Source: Lophium mytilinum
Taxonomy: Eukaryota
DNA length: 64,000 nt
Reading direction: 5' to 3'
Assembly (NCBI GenBank): GCA_010093605.1
Contig: MU004188.1
Location: 561,673 to 625,672 of the forward strand
Within the stretch, counting starts at the first letter, position 1, and the number at the start of each line of letters is the position of its first letter. Below, piece after piece: positions 26,650 through 38,653 of this stretch. The notes beneath the pieces are model-generated. The model worked only from the letters and a program-made list of their open reading frames with translations. It was not told the origin of the DNA and did no database searches. The translations under genes were made by a program, and so were the position numbers.

Positions 26650-27250
26650 TATGGAGCCTGTGGAACTAGTTAGGAGGTGGAATGAGTGAGGCACGGCAGG
26701 ACTTCTACAATATCCATAATGCTGCTATTCTCAGTGAACAACGAGTGAATGGAAGCACAGGGAGCTGGTGGTTGTGTATAGCATTCTGCGTGGGTTGCGA
26801 GGTGGCCTAGAAGGCGCACAGGCGTAGAAAAGTTGCAGATGCTTGTGACGTCGCCACCAGCTCGACATGTGAAACACAACACCATGCCATCAGGCTACAC
26901 CAATCCTTAACCACGACGACCGATCCATCTAACCAAGACCCCACATGCGTCTAACCCCAGTAGCTAGGTACCTCTAAAAGGATATGCATCGGTTCGCGGT
27001 GCCCTGATCGGGCCGCGTCGGGGTTTTACAGGCAACTTCAGACTAAGTACATAACCATCCCAGGGCTGTCCGGAGCTTTGATGCCAGTCCTTCCGAGGAG
27101 CTTATATGTAAGAGAGATTCCCTTAATTCCGGCTTGCTCTTCTTTCCACTATTTCTTAAAACAAAACCCAATCCATCTATACAAATTCCATCTCAATCTC
27201 CAAATCTCAACTATCAATTCACCCCCATCTCCACCACCCGCACCACCACC

Positions 27251-27775
27251 ATGGCTCCTCCCCCCTCCCTCGGCCTCTACCGCCAACCCTCCCTAACCTC
27301 CGACCCCATCGAAGTCGACCCCGCCAACCCCGGCAACATCATCCGCTACGCCCTGGGCATCGAATCCCTCCTCAACGTCCCCTTCGCGGGCCTCGCCCTC
27401 TTCTACCCCGCCAAATTCCTCGCCCTGCTCGCCACCGACTCCTCCCAAATCACGCCCCTCGCCCAGATCGCCTGCACCTTCTACGGCACCAGCATGGTCG
27501 GCATGACGCTGCCCATGGCCTACGGCGTCTTCAACAACCGCGGCGCCATCGAGAGCCGGCCCTACTCGTACCTCATGCTCGCGGGCGCCGAGGCGGGTAT
27601 CCTGACGACCGCGCTGTGGGTCCTGTACGGGCCGGGGGCGGCGACGGGCTTCGCGCCCGACGCGGCGTGGAGCATGATTAAGCAGATTGGGCCGGCGTTT
27701 TTGTGGCGCTTGTTTGTGTTTTTCAGGAAGCCGCAGTGGTTTGGGCGATATAAGGAGGCGAAGAGGAGTTTGTAA
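27251..27775 (+). CDS. Small multi-pass membrane protein of unknown function (about 174 aa)
   Basis: ATG in ACCATGG context, strong C/G third-position bias and about four hydrophobic segments. Confidence 0.85.
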   Translation: MAPPPSLGLYRQPSLTSDPIEVDPANPGNIIRYALGIESLLNVPFAGLALFYPAKFLALLATDSSQITPLAQIACTFYGTSMVGMTLPMAYGVFNNRGAIESRPYSYLMLAGAEAGILTTALWVLYGPGAATGFAPDAAWSMIKQIGPAFLWRLFVFFRKPQWFGRYKEAKRSL

Positions 27776-28461
27776 GGGGTTATGAGAAAGGGGGGTGAGG
27801 GTTTGATATGTGTATCCTCTCCCGTCTTCATAACGTGCAAAAGGCAATCGGAATGCCGGGGTCAAAATGTCCAATAAAGTCTTGCGGTCAATACACTGTC
27901 GCGGGACCTCATGTTAAATCCGTGAGCTGAAGCCTAGATTGGGCGTGTTTTGTTGTTAGCTGTCATGTTCCGATAGTATACGTGAAAACGTGAAGCAGTC
28001 GTGGTAGTAGTGTTATGCAAAGCTGAGCTACTAGCTACCTAGGATGACATATCAGGTTCCCAGTGTTATAGTGATTGCTCGCTTGTGATGCCTGGCATGA
28101 GTAACGTAGGGGAAATGAAAGAGACAAGGAGAGAATCCGAGGAGAAAAGTGGTGAAAGTAGGGAGAACGCCCGCAATGCCCCCTCTTATCGTCATAATGC
28201 TGTCGCCGGACAAAGAAAAGTCGCTCCAACCCATAACTCCTGTCACATCAAGGTGGACAGTCGCCATTGCATTGCAATATGCCATTGCATCGCAAGATAG
28301 GCAGTACGGAGAGTAAGCTGAACGCTAGGAACAGAAGGCTGGCAGAACATCGCAAGATTAAAACCGCATATAAGAGATTTTAGGAAGGCAGGACACTAGG
28401 ACATGATAGCCATCAAAGTCAGGCTTTGAATGCCTCGTGGTTTGAGGCCACTCGGAGCACT

Positions 28462-30791
28462 CTACTTCTTCCGATAACGCATCGCACGTCCGCCTTGCGC
28501 AATTGAGCCATTGCCATTGCTTCGAGACATGGTACAGACCGGCTTCGAGTCATCAGAGTGCATTGATGCAATCGCCTGGGAAAAAACCGAGTTAGCAAAG
28601 ACCTTAACGAAGGCTTAAAAGAGTATCTTACAAAAGAGTCGGTATTGTGGGCAAAATAAAGGTGGACGCCCTCTCTTGACTTTTTTACGCCGAGAATTCC
28701 AATTGCACCGGCAGAGTTGCTATGCTTAACACTAGGATGGCCTATGAAACGTCATAGTTAGCGGAAATCTAAAGTCTAGTGTAGTAGGAGGGAACTTGCC
28801 CATGAATTCGGACTCGATCATCGCTTTGATAGCCTCGTCTTCGCTGGTCTCTGCGAACAAACCACCCTTTACTCTCTTGTTGCAATGATACAGCCGCTCA
28901 GCGCACACTGTGGCTGCCATTGTCGTAGCCATGTGTTCACCTGTGCCACTGGTGACAGTTGCGACACTCGTTTTCAGCTTGTCATCAGCATTGACTGGCA
29001 CGACTGCTGCGCCAACGCCTACCAACGCGGCTGGACCAACGCGGCCTCGGTACTTCATGCCGATGCCACCAGACGAAGCGCCACACGCAATATTACCATA
29101 TACATCAACTGCTATGGCACCGACAGTGTCTGTGATATGGTCTTCTCTTTCTTTAGATAGGGATCCCTTAAGAGAAGAAGTTCTCGGAGGAGCTGCGTAT
29201 GGTGCCATGGGGGCCGATGTTGCTGATGAGTGCAGTATTCGTTCATTTGGTGGGGGAAAGGTTCTTGAACTAGATGAGGATGAGGGCTCGAGAGCGATTT
29301 CAGGCGGCGAGGTTGCATACTCGTCAGGATTGAACTGCGGCGGGGGAGAAATGAGGACGATAGGCTGAGGGGCCCTAGGCGTGGGGGATACAGTTGCCCC
29401 ATCATCATCGAATGCTTGGTACTCCTCCCGGTTGAACCCACGCGGGACCGTGATGCGGACTTCTGCTTGCGGGCGCGGTGGTGTACCTGTTTCCAATTTA
29501 TCGATTGGTATATCAGAGAGTGGAGTCTCCAAGGCGAGAGGAGGGGGAGGACTTGGCGTGAGCGATGGAAGCTGGAGGGTTTCATCGGACGAGTCTGACG
29601 ATTCGCCTCCAGAAGATCCATCACCCCAACTGTGCGGCGGTCGAACTCCTGCGGTCCAATGATTCGCGGCTGTATCGTCAATATCGCTCATAGTTGCATC
29701 TTCTATTTCATAGTGAGTCGACATCGGGGCCGCTACACGGTAGTTGGCCAAAGTGGGTACTGTTTCGGTACTGTTGATGAGAGCATTCCTTGACGATTCA
29801 CGTATCGACGGAGGCGGGCCACGTGGGTCCGTGAAGACTTGCAAGGAACCTGACCGGCTTGACTGATTCGATTCGGCGGATCTTACCGATTGAGGGGTTT
29901 GAGGAGATTCTGGCGTGGTCCGTGACGAAGTGTTTGTCTTCGGGGAGGACCCCTGCGTCTTCCAGTCGTCGTCCGATAGTGAAGGAGACACAGATCGATC
30001 GTCGTAGTTATGTCGCAGCAAGTTCCTAGTATGTTCAGATCTCATGTTGTTTCTGATCTCCTCTTCTGGGTCATCGAACTTTCGAGCAGCCTCCATAGCC
30101 TTTGCCTTCTTCAACTCTCTCCTTTCCGCATGCTTAAGGTCCTCACGCCATCGAACCCATCTTTCCTTTGCACCTGGAGAGACTAAAGCATCGTGCGGTA
30201 GGACTCCCATTCCTTGGTCGAAGGCAAAGTCTGTGGCGCCCTGAGAAACCAACAGGTTTGGAGGAACTCGACGCAATGTCAGAGTCTTCGTGGTATGCTG
30301 AAGGACAAGACGCGCAAGGGAGATGGGATTCTTGACTTCTGTGGGAAAGGGTCAGTGCTTGCCGTTGGACATGAGCGGAGTTACTTGCGAGCGACAGCCC
30401 CTACGGCGCCACTGCGCCCATGATGGTCCACAATGGAAGCGTCACATTCCACGACGCCGTCCATGGCAAGATTGCTGCCATACCCAGCATTTGTTATCTC
30501 GCGATCCTCGAGAACCTTGACAGCCATCTCGACAGCATCGATAGCGGTCCCTCCAGCACGTAGTATCATCATCGCAGCCTTGGCGGCACTAGCATTTGTT
30601 AATACTCGTCCAAGGAAAGAGATGTTTGAGCATGGGAGCTTTGTCACTAAAACTGTCCATGAGGGTAGCACGTACTCATTGCAAGCCTGGAGATGGATGG
30701 CCTCGTTCTGGATACTGTGATAGCCTGCGCCTGCATGCACGAAAATGGCGGAAATGTCCCCACCGTTGCGAGGACGATTCCGAGAGAACAT
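28462..30791 (-). CDS. TASP1: Threonine aspartase / taspase-1 (asparaginase-2, Ntn hydrolase), 4 introns of which 2 are GC-AG
   Basis: [32 protein letters not shown], autocleavage site [26 protein letters not shown] and TSGTGEHM. Ends ...[10 protein letters not shown]. Start codon is uncertain. Confidence 0.9.
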
Positions 30792-31991
30792 GCCTTCGCC
30801 TGTTGGTTCTTCTAGACTTTCACCGTCTGTCAATATAGGTGCTAGCGGGTAAGCTTTGTCTCGTCTGTAGAGTCTGCGAATGAGCCTTCGCAGGCTTGGA
30901 CTTGGTCTGTCTATGTTTCTAAGCTGATCCACCAGAGTCGGTGGTTCTTGAGCTTGATCGGTTCGCGTTGTCTGAGCTGGAGGCGGCTCTAACAGTGAGG
31001 ACACCGAGAAGCGTCCGATCGAGGTACTAACGGAACTCGCGGGTTCGAGAAGTTCGCTTGAGAAGGTGTGTGTACCTGGGTTACGAGGCCGGGAGAGCTG
31101 GCGAGAGCCTCAGCAGTCGGCGGAGGTTCGCAACAAGCGGCGTGGGCGAGAGGTGAGTTTCGAGCACGTTCAGATTGGGGTCGTGGTCATGACTGAAGGC
31201 ACAGCTTACGGACGTGAAGAGGTGGTCTCGTTTACTCGGCCGTCAAGTTTCAAGGCTCGGAGGGAAATCGGAGGGAGAGGAGGGGAGTGGAGGCTTGAGG
31301 AGTTGAAGAATTGAGGATAGCTGAAGGAATGGGAATGGCCCAGTGAGCGTGGGAGCAGCTAGGGCTGCTATAGAGCAATGTGGAAATGTTGAGGTTGGTG
31401 ATGTGGGCGACGTGAGGAGGAGCTGAGGTCGGTGAAGACGAAAGACTCAACTTCGCTGGCCGTGAGAGATGAGAGCGCGGCCGCAACGACTCCTTCCCTG
31501 TGCAAAACCAGACGGCGTGCAAGACCGAAAGAATTGCTCCACGTTTGAGCGCCTAGCTTGGTAAACGGCAACCGTGATATGAGCTTGCCATGCTGCCTGC
31601 AGAAGGAGCTGCCTTGCCTATCTAGAATATGCTTGGTGGGAGTAGTCGTCCGCCTGTTAGTGTTTAATGCATTTGCTAGCAGCGCCCAGCCAGTTTTGGA
31701 CGTGCTGTAGCTGTCTTTTACAACAAGCGCATGCCTCAGCAGTGCTCGTAAAGTGCTGTTTGAGGCTGAAGTTGTCAAAGAAGACGCCTCTCAAGCTCCA
31801 TTTGTGGCCGTGCACTAAGTTAATGCCCGCCGCTCTCCGCCGCTGTCTTGGGGCGGGGCCATTTCCACTCCCACATCACAACCGACAGTCTGACGACGAC
31901 CCTCCAGGCTGCCCCAATTCCTCTGCCACACCACCCGCGGGACTTCCTGAGCTGCTTCTTACTCCTCCGCATCTCGTGAGTAGCAGCAAAG

Positions 31992-33591
31992 ATGGCGTCC
32001 CAAACCCCCGCCGTTGTCATGGACAAGTAAGCGCACCCTCGAGGCCTGTCTGCGCCCTGCTCGCCATACTGACTTGAATTGCTTTGTAGCGGTACGGGCT
32101 ACTCGAAACTAGGTTCGCATTCCCGAGAAATACCACATTTGACCTAGGAATCTTGACTTATCCTCCCGGCCAGGCTTCGCTGGAAACGACTCGCCGTCAT
32201 TCGTCTTCCCAACCGCAATCGCAACGAAGAGCGCAGGAGGTGGAGCTGGAGGCTCGGGATCAGGGCGGCCGGCGGTTGCGAACAAGCCCTCATTTTTGAC
32301 TGGGGGAGCTGGGCCAGGAGGGCATCTGTCTGGCAAGCGCGGGACAGAGGATCTGGACTTCTTCATAGGCGATGAGGCTCTCGCAGCTTCGTCTGGCCCA
32401 GGTGTGTGGTCATGTCACCATAGGAAACTGGACGGAAGTGCTGAGAATTACAGGATACGGACTCCATTACCCTATACGGCATGGACAGATAGAAAACTGG
32501 GTAGGAACAGTGCATATGGCAAGGGCATCGAGCGTGGCTAATTGATCTTTAGGATCACATGGAACGCTTTTGGTCGAACTCGATATTCAAGTATCTACGG
32601 GTCGAGCCAGAGGACCACCATTTCCTTCTCACCGAGCCGGTAAGCTTCGTCATTGAGCCTCTAGTCACTTCTCCTAACCTGTTCGCAGCCACTCAACCCT
32701 CCAGAGAACCGCGAGAACACGGCCGAGATTATGTTTGAGTCTTTTAATTGCGCTGGTCTCTACATAGCTGTTCAAGCTGTTCTCGCCCTCGCCGCCTCCT
32801 GGACATCATCCAAAGTCCAGGACCGATCCTTGACGGGAACTGTCATCGATTCCGGCGAGGGTGTTACCCACGTCATTCCAGTCGCGGAAGGATATGTTAT
32901 TGGCAGCTCCATCAAGAGCATCCCGATTGCTGGTCGCGACATCACCTACTTCGTGCAATCTCTCCTCCGCGACCGCGGCGAGCCTGACTCTTCGCTAAAA
33001 ACGGCCGAACGAATCAAGGAGGAGTTCTGCTACGTCTGTCCCGACATCGTCAAGGAGTTTTCTCGCTTCGACCGTGAGCCCGCGGACCGCTTCCGCAAGC
33101 ACACCGTTTCCTACCCGAACGGCAAGACGGTGGAAGTCGACGTCGGCTACGAGCGCTTCCTCGCCCCAGAGATTTTCTTCAACCCCGAAATCTACAGCTC
33201 TGATTTCCTCACTCCTCTCCCCAACATTGTCGATACTGTCATCCAAACGTCACCAATCGATGTCCGCCGCGGACTCTACAAGAACATTGTGCTCTCTGGT
33301 GGCTCTACTCTCTACAAGGATTTTGGCCGGCGGCTGCAGCGCGACATCCAGCACCTAGTCAAGACACGCATCTCAGCGTCGGAGGCAAGAAGTGGTGGAG
33401 CAAAGAGTGGGGGACTGGATGTGCAAGTCATCAGCCATAAGAGGCAGCGACACGGCCCGTGGTTCGGCGGTAGCTTGCTGGGTCAGACGCCAGAGTTTAA
33501 GAGTTATTGCCATACCAAGGCCGAGTATGACGAGATTGGGCCTAGCATTGTAAGAAGGTTTGCGTTGCTGGGCGGACCAGGGAGCACGTAA
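31992..33591 (+). CDS. ARP3: Actin-related protein 3 (Arp2/3 complex), 5 introns
   Basis: [58 protein letters not shown] and [19 protein letters not shown]. Confidence 0.98.
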
Positions 33592-34862
33592 ATATGGAGT
33601 TGTCCATTACGGTGGAAGGAGAGGGAAAAGTATTGCGATATGGGCGGAAAACAGATCTGGCAGAGCGTTTGCTACAGATCATTTTCGAACCGGCGGTCGG
33701 TTTGGTGAGCATGCAAGAGTCGATAAAACGAACGAAATCACACAAGAAGTCTTACCAAGCATCGATCTTCGACAGATACTGGGTGCTGGCAAATTCATGA
33801 CGTCCAGATTAGATTGACCACGCTAATGCAAGTAATAGCAGCAGTCGTATAGAGGTGATTACGATAGACATGACGGTGGCTTAGAGCCATGCAGCATTAG
33901 GATGGTCGTCGGAGTAGAGCTCTGGCGGGCTGGTCTTATATCCATGGATTGTTCTAGTGCCGGCCACATCTCGGGCTGATGGATCGACTTGGCTACGTCG
34001 GGACAACGAGCGTCGGGTCACGATCTGTCTCAAGAGCTGTTCTCATGGTGTCCTACTTGAGACTGTGGGCAGCTGTCGTGGCAGAAAAGCAGTAAAGATC
34101 GGAAGTGTGAAGGCGTCATCTGGACATGTGCTCCGCCCGGGCCGATCACTGTGGCTGAAGAAGCTTTCCAGCGCCGGTAGTCGGGGTAGTCAGGGTAGGC
34201 TGGCCTACACGCCGGCCCAGGGGCTTTAACGCCCGCACAGGCCGCTGGTGGGAGAGGGAGTGCAGCGTGTCTGATATTGGGGCCGTTTCACTGCACGAAA
34301 TTAGAGCACAGAATGCCCCGCCGCGAGCAAACTCTCCCGTCAAAGGCGCTTCCTCAACATCGTGAAACAGCTGCCATCGCGCGCGACAAGGCAACAAGAC
34401 GAGAGGCGGCTACCTGCAGGCTCGGCTGATCTGACTGGGTGCTGACCGTCTTTCGTCTGCAGCAGCTGGAGGGTGGAACGGCAGCTCAGCCCAATGCATC
34501 TCGAGCCGCCATGCATGAGCAGCTGTGCCACCCCTCCTAGGCATCACGCCGCCATAAAGCTGGCGAGCGCCCGCCGGATGCCCTTTCGGCCCCCAAAAGT
34601 CACTGGACACTTGTGCCCTCCTTGTGCCCTCCTTATCCCGCTGCCCGCCGCCGTTCTCCTCTTCTCTCCGCCTCCTGCGTTTTGCGCGTGCGACCCTCTC
34701 TCTGCACTTCTGCCTGTAGCCCGCTTCAGCTGCTAGTTCTTTAACAAAACCCCTCCATCTGCTGCTTCTTCTGACCATTTTTCTTGCACTCTATTTCTCC
34801 GAGAGTCCATAGCGTGTGGTTACTTATCACGCTTCTTGTGCGACTGACAAACACTCTCCACC

Positions 34863-36817
34863 ATGCCTCCCGCGTACGATACCCCTCCTCCACGATGAGT
34901 CAACTATACTAACGATATCCAGTGACTTCTGGGACGAGGAGGACGAGTGGTACTCAGACCGCTGGACCAGGTCGGTGTCCTTTTTACTTCTTACTCTCTC
35001 ATGTTCTGACATTTCTCAGCGGTGCCCGCCATGTCCGCCCACCACCTGCAGCACCACGCCGACCACCCATCCCCGACCCACGCCGCAGCGAGCGCACTTT
35101 TCTGACGCCCGAGACGAGCGGCTTCAGCTCTGGCCTGCACCGCAGCCGTTCACAGGGCCATGCTCCGACTCCCAATGTCACCATTTACAACACGACCACG
35201 CTCGACAACGATAGCAACCCGAACATGCGCTCTGCACAAGAGCAAAAGAGCCCCATGCCGAGCCCCCGCCCAAGCCCCCGCGCCGGCCGCCCACTGCGCG
35301 TCGAAGACCAGTGGGCGCTTGAGGAGGAGATGGCCGAGCTTCGTCTCGAAGTGGCGCGCGGGCGGGGACGCTCCCGCGGCCGTGAGCGCGACCATGACCA
35401 CTACTCGCCATCCCACTCGCACTCGCACTCGCAATCCCGAGGCCGTCAGGGAGAGGAGTACTGGCAGCTTCAGCTGGCCCAGGAGCGGCTAAAGGAGGCC
35501 GAGGCGCGGCTACAGCAGGAAAAGCATGGCCGCCATAGTGAGGAGGAGCGCTGGCAGCTCCAGCTGGCCCAGGAGCGGCTAAAGGAGGCCGAGGCGAAGC
35601 TGCAGCAGGAAAAGCGAGGTCGCCATAGTGAGGAGGAGCACTGGCAGCTCCAGCTGGCCCAGGAGCGGCTGAAGGAGGCCGAAGAGCGGATGCAGCAAGA
35701 AAAGCGCGAGGAGATTATCAAGAAGAAGATGGAGCTGAAGTATATGAGAGACAAGGCCGAGCGTGACGAGGAGGAGGCAAGGCTCAAGGCTGAAGAGGAC
35801 CGGCTCAAAAAGGATTGGGAGCTGAAACAAGAAAGGGAGGAGAGGAAGAGGGAGCTGCATGCGAAAGAGATCAAAGCAGAGGAGGAACGCCTCAAGAGGG
35901 ATTGGGAGCTGAAGCAAGAGAGAGAGGAGAGAAAGAGGGAGCAGCGAGCTCGAGACCAAGAGGAGGAGCGGAAACGCATCATCGCTGAAAACACTCGGAA
36001 GATAGAGCAGCAAGAGAAAGAGGCCAAAGAGCAAAAACAGCGTGCTGTCGATGCCTACAACAAGAAGAAGGCCGAGGAGGAGGCTGAGGCGAAGGAGGCT
36101 CGCGACCGCGCCATCGCGGAGTATGAGAGGAAGAAGTCGGATGACGCCGCGAAAGCCAAGAAGCAGAAAGAGGAGCTCATCTTCCAACTTCAGATGGAGC
36201 AAAAGAAGCAGGAAGATAAGGAAAAGGCCGAATGGGAGGCTTTCCTTCAAAAGCAGAAGGCCAAAGAGGAGGAAGAGAAGGCTAAGAAGAAGAAGCAAGA
36301 AGAGGAACTCGAGAATCAGATGCGACAGCGCCTTGCTCAGTTTGGTTTCCAGGAAAACCAGATCCAGGCTATGATCAAGCCCGAAAAGGCCAAGGAGCTC
36401 CAAGTCGGCCTTGCTCCCATCAATCCTGTGCATCTAGGGCATCAACCGACGTACATCAAGGTTCACAAAGACCATCTTGCCATTGACACACTGGTGTACT
36501 ACGACATTCCATGGGAATACGATTCCGTAAGTCATCCCTACCTGTACTATGTAGTCCCTCGCTGACTTTCAATCCAGGCCAACCATGACTACATCATCAT
36601 CCTCCGTGAAATGGACCCTAATGAGACTGACATCCTGTTCGAGCACACCCGCCGGCTACGATCACGTGGCACCAATCGTCTCCTGATCGAAGAGCGCCAC
36701 ACCCACGACAAGCCCGACTATGCCTGGGTCCGCCGACGCAAAGGTCGCACTCCATCCCCCAACCGCCGTCGCAGCTCTCCGAAGCGAGTCGTCGGCATCA
36801 AGGAGATGTTCTATTGA
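34863..36817 (+). CDS. Fungal coiled-coil protein with internal repeats and a small C-terminal globular domain, 3 introns
   Basis: Spliced MPPA|DFWDEEDEWYSDRWTS|GARH..., a long E/K/Q/R-rich coil, and C-terminal PTYIKVHKDHLAIDTLVYYDIPWEYDS|ANHDYIIILREMD...LFEHTRRLR. Confidence 0.85.
35450..35705 (+). repeat. Coding tandem repeat, about 3 x 90 nt (30 aa)
   Basis: CTGGCAGCTYCAGCTGGCCCAGGAGCGGCT at 35461, 35551 and 35641. Confidence 0.95.
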
Positions 36818-38006
36818 ACAACACGATGTCATGCTTACGAACTTACGGCGTCGATGAAACAGCGGCATTTATTGGTACGGTCTTCACTCTGGTGTCTGAT
36901 CACGTTGCCGCGACGAAGGGATGTGTGGATGCTTTTTGTATTAGTGTGTGTTGTTCATCAATCTCTTCTACCCGATATCTACTCTTGCAATCTTAAAGCC
37001 CAACTCATCTCACGGGATAGGGGTCTTCTCCCCGGATCGCTGAAACTGTTTCTACTCGGTGTGGGCTTCCATCCGCTCGTCTTTGGTCGAGGGATGGGTA
37101 GTCTAATTGAAGTTGCCTTTGGGGTGTCTTCGTTGTTGATGATCTTTTCTACTTGCTTTCTTTTGCGTTGTCTGGTATCTTTGGGCGAACTTGGACTATC
37201 CACGATTACTTCTATAGCTATTAAGACGAAAGAACATCATGACCAACTCCTTCTACCCCTCCCCCATGCTTTGAGTTATTGGTGTCGCTGACTTTTAGGA
37301 CTGCTACAGCGTTGATGAAGCTGGCGGCTGGAACGAATGAGTTCGCAGTGAATCACATTCGCGCAAGCCAAACTCGCCCTATAAGAACAACTAAACTTTT
37401 GGACCCCCAATTCTGCTACGACGCTCAGTTGGTCCTAGACCGCACCCTGGTGGTCGAGTTAGCGCGGTTCAAGCGCGTCAACGGGTAAGGGAATGTCGTT
37501 GAAGTATTGACTCTTCTGTGTCACTGGGTGTGTTGATGGGTCAATTGGGCTGAGTAATGGTTTCGAGTTGATTTTTAGCTTTTCTTTGCGATAGGCGTGA
37601 TCGTGCCGGCACGTTTGTGCTTTGACCAACCGCTCCAGGTGTGTATCTTACGAAGTGGGAGGTTTGGTGTGGACGCATCAAATGGGGAGCGGTCACCCGA
37701 CAAGGCGCGAGAGCAACAATGAACGATAACACTCGTGATGGAGAACTTATGCGTTATGCATTGAGCCAAGATCTCGGCATAACCTGTGATAACATAAAAT
37801 GTGAGAGTAAACCAGTTTTAAGACCTTATATACTAGAATATTCTGGCAGTATTCCATCTTCCAAGCGAGGTTCGCACCAAACGCTCAATCTCTGAAAAGC
37901 TCCAATGGTCGTGTGGTAACTAGACAATGTCATCTTACTGCTTTCGGTGGCCGTTGTTGACTAGTAAGCTTGCGAGTGGCTTCCCTTCTTCGAAGTTTTT
38001 GTTTTT

Positions 38007-38058
38007 GAGTTCGAATCCCGCTGCGAACGTTTTTCTTTTGTACCTTTTTCTTTTTTTT
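38007..38058 (+). other. Pol III B-box / tRNA 3'-half-like remnant followed by an oligo-T run
   Basis: GAGTTCGAATCCCGCTGCGAACG followed by TTTTTCTTTT...TTTTTTTT. The T-stem is mismatched and no complete cloverleaf can be drawn. Confidence 0.35.
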
Positions 38059-38653
38059 AGAAAAAAATCAAGTTGGTTGACTTGACAATGATGGAGAGGT
38101 GGATACGCTTCTAAGTCCAATGATGCTTACCATCATCTATAGTCTGCCATGACCATCGCCGTTTCTTGTCCTGAATTTCGGGACCACCGACCACTTAGCT
38201 TCGTCGGCATCATCATTTGTGTGTATCAAAGGCTAGTCAGCGCCAAATAAAGGTAATGAACGTTGATATAATTCAGTCATTCGACCAACAATGCCGCTCG
38301 GATCAAAGATGCGTTCGGTTCGGCTTTTTTTTTGGCAATGGGGACGTCTTCCGACCACACATTACGTGCTCTCAATCGGACTGGGAAGACTGGAAGGTAA
38401 CATGAATAGCGAAGGGTTTTTTCAAGGGGTCCAAGCATGTCCATTGGGAATAGTTTTATCTCTGGGTTGACTTCCTACGGTTCTCTACAGTCCTCACGTT
38501 ATTATACAATAGGTTTGTTTTGACAATGTTTTCTTATTTCAGAGGTATACTAGTCTTAGAGGTACCTGAAACTTCTAATCTAGCATAGCTCCACAGGCCT
38601 CACCGGAATACGCGTCCTTTCGAATCATCTATCGTCGCTTCATCAGTTCTCCT

